From contig CAYUAG010000004.1 of assembly GCA_964442615.1 (NCBI GenBank), forward strand, positions 3,922 through 67,921: a stretch of DNA of 64,000 nt, written 5' to 3'. Under the pieces are notes generated by a model that had not been told where the DNA came from, did not search any database, and was given only the letters and a program-made list of their open reading frames with translations. The translations under genes and the position numbers were made by a program. How positions within the stretch are numbered: position 1 is the stretch's first letter; each line of letters begins with the position of its first letter. This stretch comes from an uncultured bacterium. Its GTDB lineage: Bacteria > Zhuqueibacterota > QNDG01 > CAYUAG01. Shown here one piece after another: positions 19,105 through 26,881 of the stretch.

Positions 19105-20796
19105 TCAGTTACTTTCTTTAACCGGTTCTACACTCTGACAATGTCCTCCTACAGCCTGCATCGTTTCTCCATCTTCCTCCAGATACAACATTGCCACCCC
19201 TCCCACATTGTCCTTTGTAGTGGAAACATCATGTCCTCGTATTTTTAATTCATCTATTACATTTTGGCTTATACTTTCATGAACCCGGACACTGTTAATT
19301 CTTGGAGATCCCTGACCAAATGAACCGATAAAGTGCCGTGTAGAAAACCGCTTGGCAGTATAGGTATCCTTAACATTCATTTCAAAATCAATAAAATTCG
19401 AAATTAATTGAATGGCTGCCTGATCCTGCATATCCCCGCCGGCAACACTTATGGCCAGTACCGGATGTCCGTCTTTCAATACAAGTGTGGGGGTCAAAGT
19501 GGTACGCGGCCGCTTGCCTGGTTCGATACTGTTGGGATGACCTCTCCAGGTGTTGAAAATAACCAGCCGTGAACCATGGATCACTCCCGTGGAATCGCCA
19601 AATCCGGCAGTGCTTGATAAACCGCTTGGAGTAGCAGCAACTACATTTCCCCATTTATCGGAAACCACACAGATTGTGGTACCCCCCAGCACTCTGATTG
19701 CTCTTCCCCCGCCTTTCCGCAAAGCACACATTCTAAAGGGATCGCCGGGACGGATTTCACCAGAGGCCTTATTGTTATCAATTAAGGAGCGGCGAATTTT
19801 TGTATATTTATCGGAAAGCAGTGCATTCAAAGGCACATCCGTGTATTCAGGATCACCATAATATTCATCTCTGTCTGCAAGCGCAAGCTTCATGGCTTCA
19901 GTAACGGTATGTATATAATCAGCAGATGTACTGCCCATAGATTTAAGATCATATCCTTCCAATAAACGCATAGTTTGCAATAGATAAGGTCCCTGGGTCC
20001 AGGGTCCGCATTTACATATTCTAAACTCCCGATACATTGCAGTGACTGGTTCTTCGATACGGGTTTTATGAGCAGCAAGATCACATTTACGCAGGAACCC
20101 TCCTAATTTTTTGTACCAGCTCACCAGATCATCCGCGATATCACCCCGGTAAAACCGATCAGATACTGCCTGTAATTTCTCCTCACGAGTTCCTTTCGCA
20201 GTTTTTTCAGCTTCTACTAATTTACGGAAAGTTACTGCAAGATCAGCATACCAATTACGGTCAGTACGGATGGTATCACCGCTTCCTGTATCCCGGTACC
20301 ATTTCGGACCTCCGGCATCCAATATCTCCAGGGATGGATTTACTACTTCCTCGAAACTCATGGTGCCGTACAGTTGCAGGGCTGTAACGCAGAGATCCAC
20401 AACTGCAGGTACTGCAGCAGATTTAATATCGCTACCAGGTATACCATTCTCATAATACCATTCAATTGCTTCTTTATCGAGAGGAGCTCCACCCTGACCA
20501 TTCAACACTGTTACCTTACCGATTTCTGCATCAAAAAACATAAAAGGCACTTCACCGCCGATACAGAATGCACCAACGGTCTTTATACTTAATGCTAATA
20601 AGGTTGCCACTGATGCATCGGCTGCAGTGCCTCCCTGTTTTAAAATCGTTATCCCTGCCCTGGTTGCCTGTTCATCACCAGAAGCAATTATTCCATCAGT
20701 TCCGGATGAATACCAGGATAAGGATTCTTCCTTTACACAACCAATAATCAATAGCATAACAAGAAATATGAAAATATATAGTCGATACTGCTTCAT
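19105..20796 (-). CDS. ggt: Gamma-glutamyltransferase family (Ntn hydrolase), lipoprotein
   Basis: 563-aa ORF with AAGGAG SD. Lipobox LLIIGC. 'ATRAGITILKQGGTAADASVATLLAL' is the N-terminal GGT signature. 'GGTTICVVSDKWGNVVAATPS' contains the autoprocessing/nucleophile Thr context. The symbol denotes the family only. Confidence 0.75.
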   Translation of the reverse strand: MKQYRLYIFIFLVMLLIIGCVKEESLSWYSSGTDGIIASGDEQATRAGITILKQGGTAADASVATLLALSIKTVGAFCIGGEVPFMFFDAEIGKVTVLNGQGGAPLDKEAIEWYYENGIPGSDIKSAAVPAVVDLCVTALQLYGTMSFEEVVNPSLEILDAGGPKWYRDTGSGDTIRTDRNWYADLAVTFRKLVEAEKTAKGTREEKLQAVSDRFYRGDIADDLVSWYKKLGGFLRKCDLAAHKTRIEEPVTAMYREFRICKCGPWTQGPYLLQTMRLLEGYDLKSMGSTSADYIHTVTEAMKLALADRDEYYGDPEYTDVPLNALLSDKYTKIRRSLIDNNKASGEIRPGDPFRMCALRKGGGRAIRVLGGTTICVVSDKWGNVVAATPSGLSSTAGFGDSTGVIHGSRLVIFNTWRGHPNSIEPGKRPRTTLTPTLVLKDGHPVLAISVAGGDMQDQAAIQLISNFIDFEMNVKDTYTAKRFSTRHFIGSFGQGSPRINSVRVHESISQNVIDELKIRGHDVSTTKDNVGGVAMLYLEEDGETMQAVGGHCQSVEPVKESN

Positions 20797-20832
20797 CCTG
20801 GACTCCTTTCTTGAAACACAATTATTAGATTT

Positions 20833-23181
20833 TCAGTACCTGATCAAAAGAGTTGCCTTATCAGTAAATGGTGGGATGTTAATTTGATAGTTATCTCTAC
20901 TGTCTTTTTTTACAGTTTGTATTCTTTGTTCATTAAGCTTGATTAGTTTCGGAGGACGAACACAGGTAAAATATAATTTAGCAGGTACATCAGTTGCTGA
21001 TATAACCAGCTCAACAGACGATGTTTTTTCCTTAACATCAAGAATTGGTAAATTTGCATAATTCAGAATCCAATCTTTTTTTGTCAAAATTCTTAATTCC
21101 AAACGTCTGTCTGAAATTACATAACTCCGTAAAATATTGTCACCCTTTCTGTTCCATTCCTGATAATCGGCGTTGATAAGCACTGCAGGGTCCTCAACAT
21201 AGTATGCTGCCTTAGCCTTGCTTTTTGTTATCACTTTCATTATTATTGTATTCTCGTTTTTTTCAATTCTAGGCATCCGTTTCGATACATATATTAAACG
21301 GGGGGTAGAAGGCTGATTATCAGCAAGCTGAACAAGGATGGTATTTTTATTTTTCTTTAAATTTGGCAATATAATAAGATTGTCTGTAAATGCAGGATGG
21401 TCCTTACCGTTAATTCGAACCTTATCAATTGTTTTGCTTGTGTTCTCAATTCTTAATCCCATTCCTCCGGTATAATAAGGAATCGTATCTAATAATACCT
21501 CAGAAAGATCAAGTATTATCTCAATTTCATTCTCCCTGACTTTCCATTTATAATCCCACTGGGCTATAGCACGAAGTTTATGTCCCAGATCAACAGGGTC
21601 CGGACAATAAATATTATGTGTTGCGAATTTTTCCTTCATGGCATCATAAAACAGCCTGTTATTATTATTCACAATCCGCTCTTTTTCGCTCTGCGGTTGA
21701 GTTATAATGGAATAATCATGCCACATTTCATTGAAAATTACACCTCGCCCGATATTGTGATACATGTGGTCAAATATTGCTTCTTCATAGGCAGTAATCT
21801 GTTGGGTGGTATAACTCCAGGAAGGATCGTAAAACCACTGATAATCCGGGGATGGTGTATCTTCCAGTACCACTAAATTTTTATAGGTTCCGGTAAACCA
21901 GGTAAGATTGCCAAATCCCAACGGCATATCCTGTTCAAAGCCGTGGGTCATGTAAAATGTAAACCGCCGGGCGATCTGTTCATAATCATCCATATGAATT
22001 GTATTTCCGGGATTGATGAAATGCCCCACCTTACCAACTGGATATCCATAATCAGCCATATTAAATTCAATTTCCTGTATTGACTCGTCAAGCTCTTCAG
22101 CCCAGCGCTTTTCATTCATTTTTCTGTCAATATGATGATACTTGCTGTGTGTGCCTACTTGTCCGCCCACATCTTCTATCATTTTCCCCATTGGCGCTAA
22201 ATCCTGCCAGCCTGCCTTGGCAGCCTGACTCGAGACAAATCCATATAATGGTACAACTCCGCTTTCTCTGGCAATATCCACCAGATAATTTATTGTTTTT
22301 ATTTGCGCGTCAAGATTGCCGCTCGCATCACCGTCCAGCCGAATAATAGCAGTAAGATTGGCATTGCTCACTTGAGGTGCGGGAAATGGCACTTCAATGT
22401 CACCATAAACTGCCCACTGTAAAGCCCGGATCAATACATTGTAAATTTGATTTGCATAAAACACCTGCGGCTGCACATTGCGGAAAAATGATGCTGCACT
22501 CGCCCAGGTGCTGAAATCACTCACAATTACCACACGATTATTTGATTGTTCCTGGACAGATAAAAAGGGATAGGAATGACTTGCGTTTGTTGTTGTAAGT
22601 AATACATTTCCGCTATCTGTAAACTCAAGTATATTAAGACCATTTACCAGATGTTGAGTGATATATTCCCCCTTTTCAAAATGTTTTGTAATATAGTGCA
22701 TATTATCAGCTGTTCTAATCCGATATTCTGAATTTCCCACAAAGCCATCATAATGAACTCCGAGTATTTTATCCAATTCGTCATGATCGCGATCATCTGT
22801 GTTTGTATCACTCACTGCAAAGGGGCCGTCAATTATTACATTACCACCTTTGCTAATATAATTTCTTAATGAAGAAATAAGATCAGAATAAATCGTCTCT
22901 TCCACGTAGGTACATTGTCCGATAATCAAGACATCATAATGTGATAAATCTGTCGATCTGGCAATATCAGATAAAAACAGACAGTCATAAGGAATACCGG
23001 CCAGATTGGCAACCGCGGCCCAACCATGCGCTGACATCTGGGTGACTCCCCACCGCTGCTTGAAACTCGCTTTACTTATCACAATTCCTATACGCGGATT
23101 ATCAAAAGAAAATTCAGCAGAATGAACATTAAGTATTAATGTAAATAAACAGAACAAAAGTAAACTGATTATTTTTTTCAT
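20833..23181 (-). CDS. Secreted multidomain protein: GATase1-like N-domain plus CE4-like deacetylase motifs plus C-terminal beta-rich region
   Basis: The ORF track gives 20833-23316, which would overlap the upstream gene by 119 nt. ATG at 23181 (MKKIISLLLFCLFTLILNVHSAEF) follows GGAG and sits 16 nt after the upstream stop. 'YDVLIIGQCTYVEE..LRNYISKGGNVIIDG', 'IIRLDGDASG' (D-D-like) and 'GTHSKYHH' (H-S-x-x-H, CE4 motif 2-like) support the call. Confidence 0.35.
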   Translation of the reverse strand: MKKIISLLLFCLFTLILNVHSAEFSFDNPRIGIVISKASFKQRWGVTQMSAHGWAAVANLAGIPYDCLFLSDIARSTDLSHYDVLIIGQCTYVEETIYSDLISSLRNYISKGGNVIIDGPFAVSDTNTDDRDHDELDKILGVHYDGFVGNSEYRIRTADNMHYITKHFEKGEYITQHLVNGLNILEFTDSGNVLLTTTNASHSYPFLSVQEQSNNRVVIVSDFSTWASAASFFRNVQPQVFYANQIYNVLIRALQWAVYGDIEVPFPAPQVSNANLTAIIRLDGDASGNLDAQIKTINYLVDIARESGVVPLYGFVSSQAAKAGWQDLAPMGKMIEDVGGQVGTHSKYHHIDRKMNEKRWAEELDESIQEIEFNMADYGYPVGKVGHFINPGNTIHMDDYEQIARRFTFYMTHGFEQDMPLGFGNLTWFTGTYKNLVVLEDTPSPDYQWFYDPSWSYTTQQITAYEEAIFDHMYHNIGRGVIFNEMWHDYSIITQPQSEKERIVNNNNRLFYDAMKEKFATHNIYCPDPVDLGHKLRAIAQWDYKWKVRENEIEIILDLSEVLLDTIPYYTGGMGLRIENTSKTIDKVRINGKDHPAFTDNLIILPNLKKNKNTILVQLADNQPSTPRLIYVSKRMPRIEKNENTIIMKVITKSKAKAAYYVEDPAVLINADYQEWNRKGDNILRSYVISDRRLELRILTKKDWILNYANLPILDVKEKTSSVELVISATDVPAKLYFTCVRPPKLIKLNEQRIQTVKKDSRDNYQINIPPFTDKATLLIRY

Positions 23182-23197
23182 ATTTGACTCCAATACT

Positions 23198-25216
23198 TTA
23201 TTCAATCCAGATAACTGCACCTTTACCAATAGCAGGAAGCGTACAGGTAAGCTTTCCTTCTTTGAAATAAGCATCAATTTCTCGAGGCTCTTCCAGATAC
23301 GGCAGCATATAAACATTCTTCTCTATATCAGTTTCAAAAGATACTTCCACACCTATTTCGGATAATTGCACTGCATTTTTTCTTCCTTGCAAACCTTTGA
23401 AATTTACTATAAAAATATGCGGTTTGTCATTTACTTGGGTAATCTGGGTTGAAATAAAAGGGGAAGCAGCAACAGCTATGGGCGTTCTGTAATCTAATTC
23501 TGACATAATCTCATGAACCAGAGACTGACGATATTCATTGAAATGGTCTTCCCTGCAGATACCTTTTCGGGCTGACTTATTAAATTCATTATTAAGTAGT
23601 TCATTATATTTTTTGCCTGGACACTGAGGATAGAATAGTGCGGATGCTTTTTCAGTCTGTACTGTCTGTTTCACAGCATTATTAATACCGATTATTTCCC
23701 AGAGGGGATTATTCTTACGTTTCTGGCGTGAATAATCATATACTCCTGTCTCTTCACTGATGATCAGTGACATACCGGAATCCACAAAATGACGCAACTG
23801 AGCTGCCTCATCCTTAGAGATGCATTTTACATCTGGTAGAATCAGTATTTCTCCCTGAAAATCATTCAGGGTACGGGGAGTGAGTATCTGAAATTCCAGA
23901 TGAGACTGCAGTAATATATACATCCAGCCTTTATACGATTCCATAAATTCATCCACAAAATAGTTGCGCGTCTTTGGGGAAAAATAAATACCTATAGGGT
24001 GTAGTGGTTTACGAGGATGATAAAATTTCTTCTCATGTTCAGCTATCCAGGCATACACTTCTTTTCTGGTGGGATAATCATTCGATCCTGACATCACATG
24101 TCCCCGGGCATCCCAGCAATTAGTGCCTGCCATCAGCTGCGATACAAATAAATTTTTCATGGCATCTTCTGGATCCACCTCTTTTTCCTTATCCCAGGAG
24201 TAGCTCAACATCCAGGAAGCTTTGTCTTGAGCAAAGGCACGGAAAGTGTACATACCAGTCATATAAGAAAACCAATCCAGGGGATCTTTACGGGCCGCAT
24301 TACCCCCGCCACCGCTGTATTCATGAGCAATAACATCAACCACCGGATACATATCATACACATCCGCACCAACCCGTACTGCAGGCTCCTCTATACCCGG
24401 ATATATCTCCGGGATAGTCATGCAGTCCGGATTAACAGACTTCACATTTTCATCAACTTCTTTCATAAAATCGGTCAGGGTTGTAATTCTAAAATCCACC
24501 CATTTAATAAAATTGGGATCATTGAAATTACCCAGTTCCATGTCCTCTTGGGGATTGATCCCGGTCTCTTCTCGAAAGGTTTCAACTGTATACTTGTCAA
24601 AACTTGCCCAGGTATCACCCCATCCTCTGAAATGGGTCATCCAGTAAGGAATATCAATGTAAACACCGTCTATACCAGTAGCTGCAATCTGTTGGATACG
24701 TTTCATATAGATATCACGCCATTCCTGAGCATAAGGTGTGATCCAGACATCCTCATCACCTTCAGATATCCAGAAAGCAGCATCATGGCCGAATACGGCC
24801 GGATTTCCATCTATGTCTCTCTGCACCCAATCCGGATGATCCTTGAAAAAGGTATGCTCCTTCTGATCAGCCTGGGTGGTTATGGTTTCCAGACCCTCTG
24901 TATAAACATAAATTTTGTTTCCCATTTCATGAGCCCGATCAACATAGGCTTTGATGGTTTTTAATTTTTCCTCCGGTTGTAGAAAGCTCTCATAATAACC
25001 AGTAAGACTGTTATCTATCTCAATACCAAAAACATGAGTTTCTTTTACCTGTTCAAACACCTCATCAATATGATCCATACTGGCACCATGACCGGCAGTT
25101 CGTATAAAATGGGCCCAATTTTGCTGCCCATCTTTTTTGGAGTTTACAGTGCATCCAAAAATCAAACATAAAAACAAGCATACTGTAATTATCTGAAAAA
25201 ATTTAAATTTATGCAT
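23198..25216 (-). CDS. Exported lipoprotein, GHL/GH114-like TIM barrel plus GATase1-like domain
   Basis: The ORF track gives 23198-25237. ATG at 25216 (MHKFKFFQIITVCLFLCLIFGC, lipobox) follows AAGGAGA. 'GIDGVYIDIPYWMTHF' resembles the D-G-x-x-x-D barrel motif of GH114/PelA-like hydrolases. 'GEILILPDVKCISKDEAAQLRHFVDSGMSLII' is the middle-domain signature. Confidence 0.4.
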   Translation of the reverse strand: MHKFKFFQIITVCLFLCLIFGCTVNSKKDGQQNWAHFIRTAGHGASMDHIDEVFEQVKETHVFGIEIDNSLTGYYESFLQPEEKLKTIKAYVDRAHEMGNKIYVYTEGLETITTQADQKEHTFFKDHPDWVQRDIDGNPAVFGHDAAFWISEGDEDVWITPYAQEWRDIYMKRIQQIAATGIDGVYIDIPYWMTHFRGWGDTWASFDKYTVETFREETGINPQEDMELGNFNDPNFIKWVDFRITTLTDFMKEVDENVKSVNPDCMTIPEIYPGIEEPAVRVGADVYDMYPVVDVIAHEYSGGGGNAARKDPLDWFSYMTGMYTFRAFAQDKASWMLSYSWDKEKEVDPEDAMKNLFVSQLMAGTNCWDARGHVMSGSNDYPTRKEVYAWIAEHEKKFYHPRKPLHPIGIYFSPKTRNYFVDEFMESYKGWMYILLQSHLEFQILTPRTLNDFQGEILILPDVKCISKDEAAQLRHFVDSGMSLIISEETGVYDYSRQKRKNNPLWEIIGINNAVKQTVQTEKASALFYPQCPGKKYNELLNNEFNKSARKGICREDHFNEYRQSLVHEIMSELDYRTPIAVAASPFISTQITQVNDKPHIFIVNFKGLQGRKNAVQLSEIGVEVSFETDIEKNVYMLPYLEEPREIDAYFKEGKLTCTLPAIGKGAVIWIE

Positions 25217-25307
25217 ACTATTCTCCTTTAATAACATTTTAATGGTAAAAGTAATTTTTTATCTGGAAAGATTGATCTGCAGTGATTGTTCCAACTGCAC
25301 TATCACA

Positions 25308-26849
25308 CTAAATTATTGGAGATAATGTAAGAGAACCGTTTTCATTAACCTTTTCCCGACAGGCCCATTCTACCGGATACAGTTTATGCTTGACTTCAAT
25401 CTCAGCTTTAACTTTCAATCCTTTCCAGTCAACTCCTTTAGGTAAAATCAGCTGAGCCTGACGCACACCCCGGGGCTTTGGGTATCCCGGATCAAGACAC
25501 CCACTTACCTGAACACTTCTGTCATCATTATACACAGTAAGACAAAGCACTCCCGGTACTGGTGCGATTCCATCATTTACCATTCCCAATACCAAACCCT
25601 GATGTCCTGCTTTATCGAACTTCCATATCCAGGATGGGCGAACCCGGTACCCGATCTTTCTGGCTAAAAGATCAATCATATCAGGATACTGTTTGTAGTA
25701 ATTGAGGATGCGATCAGCTCTGATTCTATGCCAATTCCATAAGGAATAATAATTGGCTCCCAGATCCATAACATGGGAAATAATCCGGTCAATACCTGGA
25801 ACACCTTCCATCAGATCAAGACTTTCCTTGCTTCCATCTGACATTCCTTTTTCAATAACTGCTGCTGCCCAGAGAGGACGATTACTCAACGCCTCGATTT
25901 GTCTGTTTTCAATATAAATGGTATCGGTACGGATCCAGTTATTGCTCCGAATAGTTCTGTCCAAAATCTCGGAGTTACCTACTCTGCTGTAGTCAGGCTG
26001 AGTATTGGTAACCAGGGGCGTTTTTGTCCAATTTTGTACCTGTTGCTGAAACATAGTGATAAACGTTTTTTCAGCAGTAACATAATCAGGAAAAGGATTA
26101 CCCTGAAAGGGCCAGGTATGGCCTTCTCCCCAGAATCCATACATACAGGTGTCAACATATTCAACCAGAGAATGACCGTTATATAAATCAGCCAGCATGG
26201 TATCCAGATCTCTGAATGCATCCATAAAATATGGATCATCATAACGGGGAACATAATGGACTTTATTGGGATATCCTATTCTCCTGGTTTTCCCTAATTT
26301 AACGAAATCCACCTTTTCAGCTACAAAATCAGGAACTGCATGTCCGGGGATTACCGGATTCATCAGCTGAATTCGAAATCCCACCCGCTTATTATATCTT
26401 TCAGCTGCCTTAAATGCAGCCTTCCAATGAGGACAGAAAGCTAAGTCTCCAGGTTTGGATTGAATATCTTTCCAGTCCAGTCGGACATAAAGCTTTTGGG
26501 TCAAATCAAGGGCGGCCAGTTCCTCGATAAGTTGTTCTACTGCTATTCCTTCTTTTTGGGGAGGCCCAGCTTCATCACAAACATAGGTAACCAGTCCCAT
26601 ACCGAAATTATTCAAGACTTTTTGGGAAGATGTGGTTGCCATAACCACATGACTTCCGGGAACTACTTCTTCCGGAGGATACATAGGAAAAGGTCCCTGA
26701 TTTAACCTGTCTTTAACTACCGGACCTTTTCCAAAATTATATCCTTCCCAGTTATGTGCAGGTACGAATCCATATATTGTTTTACCGGCAAATCCGGCTG
26801 CTGTCAAACCTGCAGTAAGATTAAGAAAATCTCTTCTGTTTAAATGCAT
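25308..26849 (-). CDS. Tat-exported DUF4832-like TIM-barrel glycosidase candidate ('GEGHT' subfamily)
   Basis: The ORF track gives 25308-26858 with a GTG start inside the SD. ATG at 26849 (MHLNRRDFLNLTAGLTAAGFAG) follows AGGTGGA. 'RLDWKDIQSKPGDLAFCPHW', 'TCMYGFWGEGHTW' and 'GYRVRPSWIW' support the call. Confidence 0.55.
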   Translation of the reverse strand: MHLNRRDFLNLTAGLTAAGFAGKTIYGFVPAHNWEGYNFGKGPVVKDRLNQGPFPMYPPEEVVPGSHVVMATTSSQKVLNNFGMGLVTYVCDEAGPPQKEGIAVEQLIEELAALDLTQKLYVRLDWKDIQSKPGDLAFCPHWKAAFKAAERYNKRVGFRIQLMNPVIPGHAVPDFVAEKVDFVKLGKTRRIGYPNKVHYVPRYDDPYFMDAFRDLDTMLADLYNGHSLVEYVDTCMYGFWGEGHTWPFQGNPFPDYVTAEKTFITMFQQQVQNWTKTPLVTNTQPDYSRVGNSEILDRTIRSNNWIRTDTIYIENRQIEALSNRPLWAAAVIEKGMSDGSKESLDLMEGVPGIDRIISHVMDLGANYYSLWNWHRIRADRILNYYKQYPDMIDLLARKIGYRVRPSWIWKFDKAGHQGLVLGMVNDGIAPVPGVLCLTVYNDDRSVQVSGCLDPGYPKPRGVRQAQLILPKGVDWKGLKVKAEIEVKHKLYPVEWACREKVNENGSLTLSPII

Positions 26850-26881
26850 AAAGTCCACCTATTCAATAATTATTAACTAAT

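Noticed and set aside
9450-20800. Genomic-island hallmarks at the edges of the GC-richer block (integrase, transposase, tRNA target, flanking direct repeats)
   Set aside because: None was seen by eye. The block is reported only as a compositional observation, not as a mobile element.
23182-23316. N-terminal 45-codon extension of the 20833 gene given in the ORF track
   Set aside because: It would overlap the upstream gene by 119 nt. The internal ATG at 23181 has a GGAG box and yields a clean signal peptide.
24227-24964. 245-aa plus-strand ORF, the longest antisense ORF in the window
   Set aside because: It is fully inside the 23198-25216 gene, whose reading frame carries a lipobox, an SD and family motifs. 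The antisense translation has no motifs or SD and looks like a shadow ORF.
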